Assembly (NCBI GenBank): GCA_965235115.1
Contig: OZ249441.1
Span: 12,028,001-12,092,000 of the forward strand
Length of the DNA: 64,000 nt
Reading direction: 5' to 3'
From: Laetmonice hystrix
Lineage: Eukaryota
Position 1 is the stretch's first letter. The number at the start of each line of letters is the position of its first letter. The notes under the pieces were generated by a model, which searched no databases, was not told the origin of the DNA, and worked only from the letters and a program-made list of their open reading frames with translations. Position numbers and translations under genes: made by a program. Positions 53,463 to 64,000 of this stretch are shown here, in pieces.

Positions 53463-54834
53463 ATGCCTGCCGATAGCATCAGTCTGAAACAGCTGGCTGA
53501 TCACCATCAGAAGATGGCATCAGCAAGGTCAATAGGATGCACTGAGCGCGGGTGGGATCCCATGCTATCTGTTACACAACTATTGCCGTAACTGTATCCT
53601 CCTGGGTAAGTGCATCCTACACACTTCACCATCATATAATCTATCCAAATTGACTTTGAAAGTGAAATACTGATTAACTCTTGATCGAAGGCCACAGAAA
53701 GTATCAGGACGACTGCGCTCTGAAATACCTTCCCAAATCAACGTTAAATTATGAATGCAACTTATTCGTCATTAACCATTGCAATTCCATGGATATTCCA
53801 GTGGGAAAACTTTGAATTATTGGCTCAATCTTGGGTTATGCAATGAAAATTCAGTCCACATCACTGACGCCATGGTCCTACACAATGTATAAAGCAGGCG
53901 TTGATATGAAAATATTTGAGAACCAGCATAAGCTAGCTGACCATATCCATATACTGGCGGACCAAGCTGACACACAGTTTTACATTTCACATCCTAAGCC
54001 GGACTCTGTTCTGACGAAATTCTTGTCCTCTCACACAAAGGGCTGCCAGGCCCTCAGCCCTGATAACAAGATGGTACCTATCACTAGGTGGCGACAAGTA
54101 TGTTTCCACCCTGGCCAGTTAGCGTCGATTGAAGGCCTCCTATATTTGGGTGTTGACGAGACCGATGTGTCCAGTGACTCATCAAGGTAAGACGTTGCGG
54201 CCGCGGCACGTGGGACCCATCACCATTCGACCAGTTTTAGCGCGCTGATTGACCTGTTCGGACCCTCTTATTTATTTACAAAGAGCGCCCAGCTCAGCCG
54301 TTCCAGCATTCCATTAGGTCATTGGGCTGATGTCAACACGTGCACTTTGAGCCTAACTGGAAGACCATAATGGTCATTACAACTGACCGGGGAACCATTC
54401 TACCCATCACTCGGTGACGACAAACGACCCTGACCGACGACCAGGGTGTCCCTTTTTACCCCGATATCGCCGACGGCTCGCTCGATATTGACCATCAGAC
54501 GTTCTCTGGCCACCTCGTTTATTACTGACCTGGTCAGTTATAAGTACATTAACACAAACGGGCGGCCTCAGACGGACTTTCTATCAACCTCAAGTTGTAC
54601 CTGAGGGAATTTCCGGCGGCCCAAGTCTCCCTGATTTGTTGCTGTAATCACAAAGGAACAAACAGCGAGGATCGGTAATGTTACGGTAATCAAGACGTAA
54701 TCAGTCCCTTGTTGTGTATCGAATGGTACCAAATCTAAGTTTGGTGAAACACTGAGTGACCATTACGCTGGTCGCCAGGATGTTCTTGCGAAAAGACACG
54801 GTCGATTCCAACCGATTGTGGCATACAATTAGCC

Positions 54835-54924
54835 GACCATAGCGTGGTCTGCGACCATAGCGTGGTCTGCGACCATAGCGTGGTCTGCGACCACAGCGTG
54901 GTCTGCGACCACAGCGTGGTCTGC
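54835..54924. repeat. 18-bp repeat x5
   Basis: GACCA(T/C)AGCGTGGTCTGC. Confidence 0.9.
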
Positions 54925-56231
54925 AAGGCGACGGTCCAGGTGAAACACGGTGTCTGTCAGAGTGAGAGAAGGAGAGTGGCCAACTGGGCCTATCATATCT
55001 TATGTGATCCACCTGTCCTGCAGGACAATGGTTCAGAATTCGGCTCTGGATCCTACACTTTGTACAACATAATTCTCATAACCTAATGTATAAAAACTCG
55101 TGACACGGTCATCCCTCATTACCTGGGCTCAGCCCAGTATTTTCCGCTTCCGGCCTTAAAAATCTTCCTTTGAGTTCTAATTTCGCACGACCTGACTACA
55201 GAATGCCCCTCCTGACCTTGCCGAGTAACGTTTCCTCGAACAGGCTTGCGGTGAGTGATTAAGGACAAATCTCGGCGTACCATTTGCTCCCACCCATGTC
55301 CAACAAGTTACCCTGAGATATGAATTTATCAGCCCGAGCAGGCTCTGTGCCGGCTTACAGGACCTTCAATACGGCCCTCAGTGGTGAGGGATGAGGGGAG
55401 GGAGTATGAGGGGTCGGCAGTGGGGGAGGTTGCAGTTGCTGACTACCACCTATCAGCAATTCCCAGTCGGCTGAGGCGGCATCAGTGAAGCTACAGATTC
55501 CATGTAACTATCCCACAGGAACCACTAAGTCAGGTCTATTATCATCGGACAAGAATTCGCGATGACCGCTGAGCTGGGTAAAGGGGGCCAGACTGGCGGC
55601 GACCCCAGTCGTATGGTGATGATATACAGCCTGGAGCCCCGCCCTGGAGCAGGCTCCTGGAGGCTCCTCCAGCTCCGATATTAATGGCGGGGATCATGGA
55701 AGGCAGTGGAGCGAAAAAATGGGGCTACACGTACAAAAACTCTCAATAAATGGGCTCTGGGGCGGGGCCGATGAACATCGGAACGAGGTGAAAAGTTGGG
55801 ATGATCCATCAGAAGAGAAACGATTATTAAACTGCCGCTGCCTGTCACTGACCCACGTCAGGTGGTTGGTTGATGTACCGTACAGTTTCTCTCTGGTTGT
55901 ACAAACCATAAAATCACACCCAATCTCTTGTCCACCTCTCCTACGTTGTCTTCCATGAAGTGAGTGTGACAGGCGAGTGATACCTTGGATCTAATATTAG
56001 CACAGCTTATGAATTATTGATACATCCACCTCACCTCACCTCAGCCGGGTGGAGATCTAAGCATGGTCGAGAATAACACTTCATGTTACCTGGCAAAACG
56101 AAACATGGGTGTACCTGGCGTATAACTCTATTGTTTACCTTCAATAATGGAAAAGGAAACATCAAACAACTCTTAAATGAACTGATTTATCATTTATCAC
56201 GCATGTAGTTTAATGGTATGATAAGAAAATA

Positions 56232-56538
56232 CCGTATTGACGCACTTTTAGGCGCGTGCGCCTATAAGCGGATTTTATGCGTTTTTGAGGAAATTTCAAA
56301 ATCAAAAATCGTCAGATATAGGCGCATGCGCCTATATCCGGGTATAAGCACACCCCCAATATTCACATATATAGGCGCACCCCAATATTCACATGGACTA
56401 ATGGTAGAGTGCAATACTGCCACCGACAGGCTACGTCCATTCATGTTCTCAGGCCTACGGTAACACAACTGCACAATATAATCACGTACGTGGGTGCGCC
56501 TATAATAGGCGCATGCGCCTAAAAGTGCCTCAATACGG
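56232..56538. mobile_element. Non-autonomous Tc1/mariner-pogo (Tigger-like) MITE, 307 bp
   Basis: ~35-bp terminal inverted repeats CCGTATTGA(c/g)GCACTTTTAGGCGC(g/a)TGCGCCTAT; TA target duplication at 56230-31 and 56539-40; no transposase ORF. Confidence 0.85.
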
Positions 56539-58268
56539 TACATGTTTTAATATCAGCTCTGAATTTAAACTGCACAATGATCTATAAATGCACTTCACCA
56601 TGGATAAATATAGAATTTCATTAATTCCAGTAAAGTTAGCCTTGAGAAGAGAAAGGCAGATTAATCAACACGCAGCATGAAACCAAGTGTTCGCTGGCTT
56701 TGACCTGGACAGAGACAGGAGATTCAGTCCTCCACTCATTGTCTGGAGGCCGTCGCTCTCTGCTATACAGTCCTATATCTGCTTCCCCTTAAATTCATGT
56801 GTTTTACCTGAAACAAATTTTGATTTGAAATCAGTGCATCACACCTACTTCCCCTAGCACAGCCCTGGCGCACGTTTCGTTACCTTCTATGACAAATCAA
56901 CACGTTCAGGACCCCGTAGGTCTAGGAATTAGCGTTTCGACCCAGACCGATGACTGAATTCAAATTCTGGCACAACCCTGGTTCAATTATATTAAGGCCA
57001 CGACGGCAGCCAGGCAGCGGGCTCATCCAATCTAACCGGGCTCTCATTGTGCCCTGTCAGGGCCATCCTGTGCCGCCGTGAAATATTGCCCATGATGGAG
57101 ACTCATTCATACAGGTTCTGCTCTAAATGCCACATTTAAATCTCATTAATGTTTGATCCCCCTGGGAGCTTGGATTGATGGGTTCTTAATTAATTACATG
57201 ATTACATTATAATGAGTTGAGTCCAGCCTCCCGAGGCTGCCTATGATGGAAAAAACTTCTATTTTTCTCTCTACCGCGGTCTGAAGCCATGCTTGCCTAC
57301 AACCAGTGCCAGCAGCGACCCCTGGTGTCGTAGTAAACTGAGGTTTGCATGTCACGGTCAAATGATCCTCTCACATGCTACATGAAGCCATGTACAGCCC
57401 CCCTTGAATAATGCATGAAATCCTGCATTATTTATCATTCCACAGAATGTATACATAATTACCTCTTTTTACATAACACTTAGCATTGTTCACGTGATGT
57501 GCTAACAGAATTTAACATTGGAAACTCGAAGGTCAAGTGTAGATTAATGAGACTTGTTATCACTAAATCACTACAGTCAACCAACCCTTACTGTTACATC
57601 TGAACTTCACAACGACTGACATTTTGTGGGGAACAAAACCTTTCACTTCGAATTATTTATCTAAAGATAAGAGCAATATGTCGCCCCGTACATGTAGAGC
57701 TCGCCAGGTTTCCCAATATTACTCAACACTAGACCTATTCTCTAACCCCTTATGCCATGTCGGTGATGGCATGTAAAAGATAAATATATGTTAGGTTTTG
57801 TGACATCCCAGTGGCAGTGTTGGGTTAGAAAACAAGGTCAATTGGGCCAGAAAGGCGATGTGCTGCTGCTCTGAGAAACTGAATAAATTCCCTCCAGGAT
57901 TATTTGGTAAATGCCGACATGCTGACGCCACGCCACAGGGGTGGACAGATGTTCTGCTGACAAATGATGAAGAAAGAAAGGAACACTAGTATGGGTCAGG
58001 AAGGTTCCTGTGCTCTCAATGGGCCACCAAAAACCATGAATATCCATAGGACTTCCTTTCTGGTCCATTAATTCAGTGGAGAGCATTATTTGCTTGTTTG
58101 TCGACATCTCTTGGCCATTTGACAGTGTACACTGTGAATGATAAATCAAAAGGAGACCAATGGCTCCACGTTGAAGCATTTCCCTTTTTTCTCCCTTTCG
58201 TTTTTTTAAGAACAGATCAGTCGTGCATCCTAATGTTACAACCTGCATCCACCCCACCCCCACCCCAC

Positions 58269-58320
58269 CCTTTGAATCCTGGTCATGTGCAAACCAGTTT
58301 CCCAGTATATCTGGAGCCAT
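58269..58320 (-). CDS. Candidate first coding exon MAPDILGNWFAHDQDSK
   Basis: ATG preceded by a GC-rich UTR-like stretch; AAGG|gtgggg donor gives phase 1, compatible with exon 39970. No homology support. Confidence 0.2.
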
Positions 58321-58384
58321 TAGAGAAGTCCCTCTACCACAGCCGGAAAACAAGCGGACTTGTAGCTAGCCCGCTAGGCGTTGA

Positions 58385-58453
58385 CTGCGGCCTACGTGCC
58401 TACAGGCTGCGGCTTGCGTGCCTACAGGCTGCGGCCTGCGTGCCTACAGGCTG
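58385..58453. repeat. 22-bp repeat x3
   Basis: CTGCGGCCTRCGTGCCTACAGG. Confidence 0.85.
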
Positions 58454-61381
58454 CCGAGGACACGGGTCAGTTGGGAGCCGTTCCTCCCGCCGCACTGCAT
58501 GCAAGCATCGAACTTCTCTCCCTCAAGACATTTGTTTTTTGTTCATGATAATTCACACCACAGGTGAATTAAATCGTAACTGGGGGCGACTTGCAGTTGA
58601 GTTGGATACACAAAGAGGTGAGCTACGGCCGTGTTGATTACTACCAAGAACTGACCATAATTAATCAGAGTGCAAAAGTTCATGTCGTTTTATTCCACAA
58701 AGTTTGGCCAACTCAGCAATTTATTCCTTTCAGCACCTGATTCTCATCACTCATTCCATCTGATGAAACATACGTCATGCTACATATTTATTCATAAACA
58801 TATACCCGTTGTAGAGTTGTTACGCTACTCCCTCATTCAGCAGGGTCTCTTAGCGTGCGATCTCATGGTATAGAACCAGGCTACAGTCTCACTGGGACAT
58901 GAACCGTGTTACACATATCCCTAGGCTTCTTTGATAACACAACTGACAAAAAGGAAGTCGATACATCGATAATTTGATGCAACATTACATGTTTTTCACA
59001 GGCTCTATGGCAGGCGGACAGCAGATTAGTAGCTACTTCTTCACCCTTCACATCTACACATAGCGCGGCATATATAATACCGCCACTTCAAAAGGACTGT
59101 GCAGAATTAAGCAGAAAGAGGACTATCACATCACTGCACATCTAGGCAGTAATCACTCTGCTCCACTCTGAACCTCTGACATAATATCTCATCCTCTCTG
59201 GCGTGATCTTCAAAAATAACGGATTCATGTGGACCAGGTTTCTTCTTCCCGAGGCCTTTGTCACTGAGACTCTTTTTGATGAGAAAATCTCCAATATGCC
59301 AGTCTCCGTGGGACATTACTGGAGCAGCCCATCGTGCCTCTTTATGACTATACTTTTGGCACTGACTCCATATACTGCAGCAGTCTGGTCTGCCCGAGGG
59401 AAGTGGACTGGCTGTCCAGGCCAGTCAAATATTGGCAACGCGTTTACCGACTGTCCCCGGTCACCAAGTCTGACGTTCTGCCTGTGATGACAAAACACAC
59501 ACGGACACGAGCAGACATAAACAATCACAATCCATCTTTCTCTCTCTGATCTGGCCCAGGTCCCCTTTCTTACAGGTCGTACAGTACTCCCCCTCATTAT
59601 ATGTCAACAAACAAGAGAACAGTTAATGTAGATTTAATTTCACAACATTTGGTCTACTTTCAAATAATTTATTCCTCCACTTCCCAACACTATAACTCTA
59701 CTGCATGGGATGCCAGAATGACCTGTCCATCTTATAAAGCAGTAGAACGGCAATGATTATCATATTTTTTACCGACGGAAAGCAAAGTCCCCAGCCTGCC
59801 ATGTGTACATGACAGAAAGGCCCTGCTGCCACAAGAACTACCACGGTCGGCATTAGCATTCCAGAGTGTCCGTTGACAGCTATGTTCAGCTGCATGTATA
59901 TTGTAATTAAGCGAGGAGAAAGCCTGCACAGAGCACTCTGAAATCACACTATATGGCATGTCCCCCTGGACCTGCTGAGGAGAATATTTCATGTTCACTT
60001 CAACATGTTAATTACATTTTCTTCTAGCTGACTGTGTTCGCTTATTATACAGATTTTTTCCCCAGTCTGTGTGCTGCTATGTGGGGAAAGTCCCCATCTG
60101 TAATTGCCGGGGTGTCCAGTTCAGTATGTTTTCACGAGCTGTACACAGGAAGCTAACTTTCAGCTGAGAATTTTATACATCTGTGAGCAGGAATTTAAGG
60201 TACTACGATATAGCCTAAAGCCTAAAACAGATTTTTAGACCGACAAAAATGGCTAAATGCTGGGAAAGTAATTATCGAATTTTGAATCTCAGCACATAAT
60301 TTCACACACTGGTAGGCAAGGCATTAGTACGGTAATTTCCACATCCTCCAAACTCCAGCAAATATAAACACATGCTTGGGTCATTTTACCTGTAAATGTT
60401 TGATTTTTCTTGGACTCAAATACTTTCCTCGACCGAGAGAAAAAATGGTAAACTAGACTGAAATTCAAGGGCAGATGTTCTGATAATGTTCTCATAGACC
60501 CATATGGTGGAACATGAAAAGAATCTGGACCGTAAACCTCCCATCTGTGCCGCCCAGACCGGTTTTTAAACATTGTTCTCATCTGATTGGCTACGTCAGC
60601 TTCTCGTAACCCTCCAACATTCTACACATCACTGATTCCATAAGAAAATTAGGTCATATTAAGCGTCATTCAAAGCAGACCTAATGCATCAGCATGCTAC
60701 TTGGACGCTTGTAATGGCCTGACAATTGCTGGTTGATAGACGAACCGAGAAAGAGAAGCTCAGACGGAAAATGTTAATATCGGTGTTAGACTGGAGAGGT
60801 AGGGCGGTTGATTAGAAAAAAAACGTCGCCAAGTTATAGTAGAGCTGGCTTGAGTGCTTGCTTACGTTAATCAACGTCTGGATAGGTTTTAAATAAGTGA
60901 TCTAATCAATTCGAGCGAGCTGTCCGGGCATTAACAGCGCTGGACGCGATAAAGCCACTGTAAAGTTTTCAGAAACCTTGAAACTTTCTATTTCAATGGG
61001 TAGTCTTTTATTTTTTCATAAAATTTGCCAATTTTCTCGTCTGCTTTTAACAGACTCGACTTGGACCACCAATGATATCCTGCCTTATGACAGAACACGC
61101 ACATTCTCTTAGACCACTGCTGCACATGAGGGACTTTTTTCTGCAACTTCTGTAATCGTTACAGCTCAAAGTCAGTACGGTGCTGTCGATCGATAAACGA
61201 TATAAATAGTCTACACTCTAGACGACGCTTACATCGTCTCGCACAGACTACTAGAAAAAATTGTTTTATGACATTAGATCTGAAGTCATTCAAATCTGTT
61301 TGTCCATCCTTGATATCGCCCGATCTACCTTCTGACTGTAACAGATGGAGACCAAGAGCTGGGAGAGCTGAGTGGTTCTGG

Positions 61382-61767
61382 TAAGCGATCGCCACCCAGA
61401 GATCCTCACCCACAGGGACACACAGGACTTGACGGGGACCATGAACTGAGAGACTGCCAGGCAGTGGTTCTGGTGTCAGTGGTCGCCAGCCAGAGATCCT
61501 CACCCACAGGACAGGACAGGGACCATGAACTGAGAGACTGCCAGGCAGTGGTTCTGGTGCCAGCGATCGCCACCCAGAGATCCTCACACACAGGACAGGA
61601 CGGGGACCATGAACTGAGAGACTGCCAGGCAGTGGTTCTGGTGCCAGCGATCGCCACCCAGAGATCCTCACACACCCACAGGACAGGACGGGGACCATGA
61701 ACTGAGAGACTGCCAGGCAGTGGTTCTGGTACCAGCGATCGCCACCCAGAGATCCACACCCACAGGG
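61382..61767. repeat. 84-88 bp array, ~4.5 copies
   Basis: ATGAACTGAG at 61441, 61525, 61609 and 61697. Confidence 0.93.
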
Positions 61768-64000
61768 ATATGACCGTCTAACATGACATCATCAGCTGCT
61801 TATTAAAGTCCGCACCTGATCACAGCCTGACTCTGCATGAATTAATGACCCCCCCCCCGTCCCCCAGCCACCCCCCCCCCCCCCCGTCCCCTAGCCAAAG
61901 GTTTATTTCAATATTAACATTCAGTGTTTGTAGCGCCTCAGGAGGCCGTGAGATGGTCCCCGTGCAAACCCTCCCGGCTGAACCCAACACCCTTCTACGT
62001 GTCCACGCATGCCTGTCACCTCCAAGGTGAGACTAGGCTCAGTCTCCGCGCTCCTCTCGTCCATATCTCATCCGGGGCAGTCGATGGGAAAATCTGGGTA
62101 TGAAAACGACTAAAACACTGGCAGGGACACTCGAGGGGTTCACGCGGAAATGACTGGAATTCGGTGGGGGAAACAACGTTTCATTAATAATTATCCCCGA
62201 GTTAGTCACAAGGCATCGGTCTTTTCACGTAGTCGTCCGAGGAAAGGTGTTTTCTTTCGTTTCTTTGGCTGAATCAGCGATTTTCTTAAACACGCCGATT
62301 TGACAAAAGTTGATGCCAGCAAGCAACGTTAATAACGTTTAATTTGATTTCCCTTCCACAATGCTCTGTAACTTGCTTTTTTCATATACCTGGCGGGGAC
62401 CTCAACTATATTGTCACCGCTTGAAAATGATTAAACATAAATTTTAACAGTTTCATTATAAGGTCTCTGTTTTATCTGCTATAAAGTAAATCATCGGACT
62501 ACATTCTTGATAGAAGAATCAGATGAAAACCAAGAAGACATATGCAGAATTCACAGACTAGAAATACACGTGAATTGAAAGGTTTTCCGCGCCTGTTTTA
62601 ACCTACAGAATCTCTTCTCGCCTTCCCTTTCCTTATATCTGCACACCGCTGTGAATCGGATACTGAGACCTAATGTGCAATGCTCATTATGATCCATCAG
62701 AAAGCATTGGTTATGACGTCACAGAACGTGAATAAAACCCAATGTCCCGTCACGGTGTGACTCATCTCAAACTTTACCCATATAAAAGGCCGCCAGCAAA
62801 CAAGGCTGGAAATGTACACATGTAGTCACAATTGATGCACTGAGTCTGAGCTGCAAAAAGTCAATATCTAAAAATGAAACATTTATTGAAACTCCGATCA
62901 TGGCGTGCATGACTGGGAATACTGTGTAAACTGTTGATCGATGATGAGACAGCCTCAAACGTTAACAATGTCTGTAGGCGAGGTGACAAACGTCCTACCT
63001 ACAACCGAGACCAAACTGGAAACTGTCCAACCGATGACTGGTAATGTTTGCCCTAAGTACTGAGGGCCTCACTTCAAGTGTACCAGGTACAGTAGAAACT
63101 GACCGGGTATTGGACTAGTGCCATAATGTGTAGTGATCCCTGGCAGCCTGTCGTAGAGTGTTACTATGGGATGGATAAGGTGCTACCATTTATTGGAAGG
63201 GCGTGCCCGCCATGCTATAGGGAGGCTGCCATATTATGAGGCTGGATGCTCTGATCTTATGAGGTGGGATGTTTTCCTACCATGAGGTAGGGATGTCACA
63301 CTACGATGGGATATTGTCACTATGAGCTGGGATCATGTCATACCATGTAGAGAGTGCCATGACATAGGTGCATGTAATCCCAAACATTTGATGACGTCAT
63401 GGCATGTGGTTGGCTGATACCAACCACTATGTACCAGAACTGTTGTCGTAAGACAGTATGTGGGTCTCTGTAGCTGTAACAGTATATATGTGGGTCTCTG
63501 TAGCTGTAGTAGACTTGACTGTTGTCATAATTATAGCAGTCGGGACTCAGTGGGACAAGATCTACATAGTTACGAAGACTTCTCTTTCTATACCATTGCT
63601 ATAATACTTGCAAGGTTTTTCCTCAGTGGACTTTCTAGACCGGTTTCATATCACAAACCGGTTAGGTTTTCGTTCCCGTAATGACTGATAATCATAAGAC
63701 GATAAACCATACACATTTCACGCGCGAATCGTTTCCTATAATCCCGACTGTCGTCTGGCAGAGATTTACAAAATCTCAAGCGTCTCTGTTTTGAGCCTAT
63801 AAGCCAGAGAGAAGAACAAGTGCAGCTGTTAGCATCCTCCTATGATAATCCCTATTTCTGGTTTGTGCCAAGCACAGATCTGGTAGTATTGGAATGAATG
63901 CGATGGTTCTCACACAACATATTTAAACACACTACCGTTCTCATTCCCAATTCTATTACACGCGACACCTAGAATTTCCGTCTTTTAAAATTCAAAATAG

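Noticed and set aside
59334-59549. PLYDYTFGT resembling a fatty-acid hydroxylase motif
   Set aside because: No histidine boxes in frame; isolated match

Overview
This is eukaryotic (animal) genomic DNA, not prokaryotic. I found no CRISPR array, rRNA, tRNA or operon, and most ORFs in the track are chance or repeat-derived. The main feature is a multi-exon gene on the minus strand encoding a SASH1/SAMSN1/SASH3 (SLy)-family adaptor. I could chain nine phase-compatible exons by hand (39970-39845, 34005-33797, 33432-33355, 24707-24545, 19791-18665, 17959-17882, 17518-17279, 16440-16290, 14297-13408; about 1,019 aa, 5' end unresolved). The protein keeps the family ASEITM..RI.LM..VKE motif and the SAM domain, but I could not find an intact SH3 domain. 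The rest is intron or intergenic DNA with roughly 9-10 kb (~15%) of unrelated tandem repeats, one pogo/Tigger-type MITE, a (GCT)20(GCC)8 tract and several CTCF-like and promoter-like motifs. An amphioxus-like invertebrate deuterostome is my inference only. Best leads: the apparently lost SH3; a cryptic proline-rich alternative last exon behind an array of acceptor-like units; a shared, co-oriented ACAGGTA core in five unrelated minisatellites; an array of disabled copies of a real splice donor; and one inverted monomer inside a 2-kb array. I see no firm evidence of a wholly new biological system.
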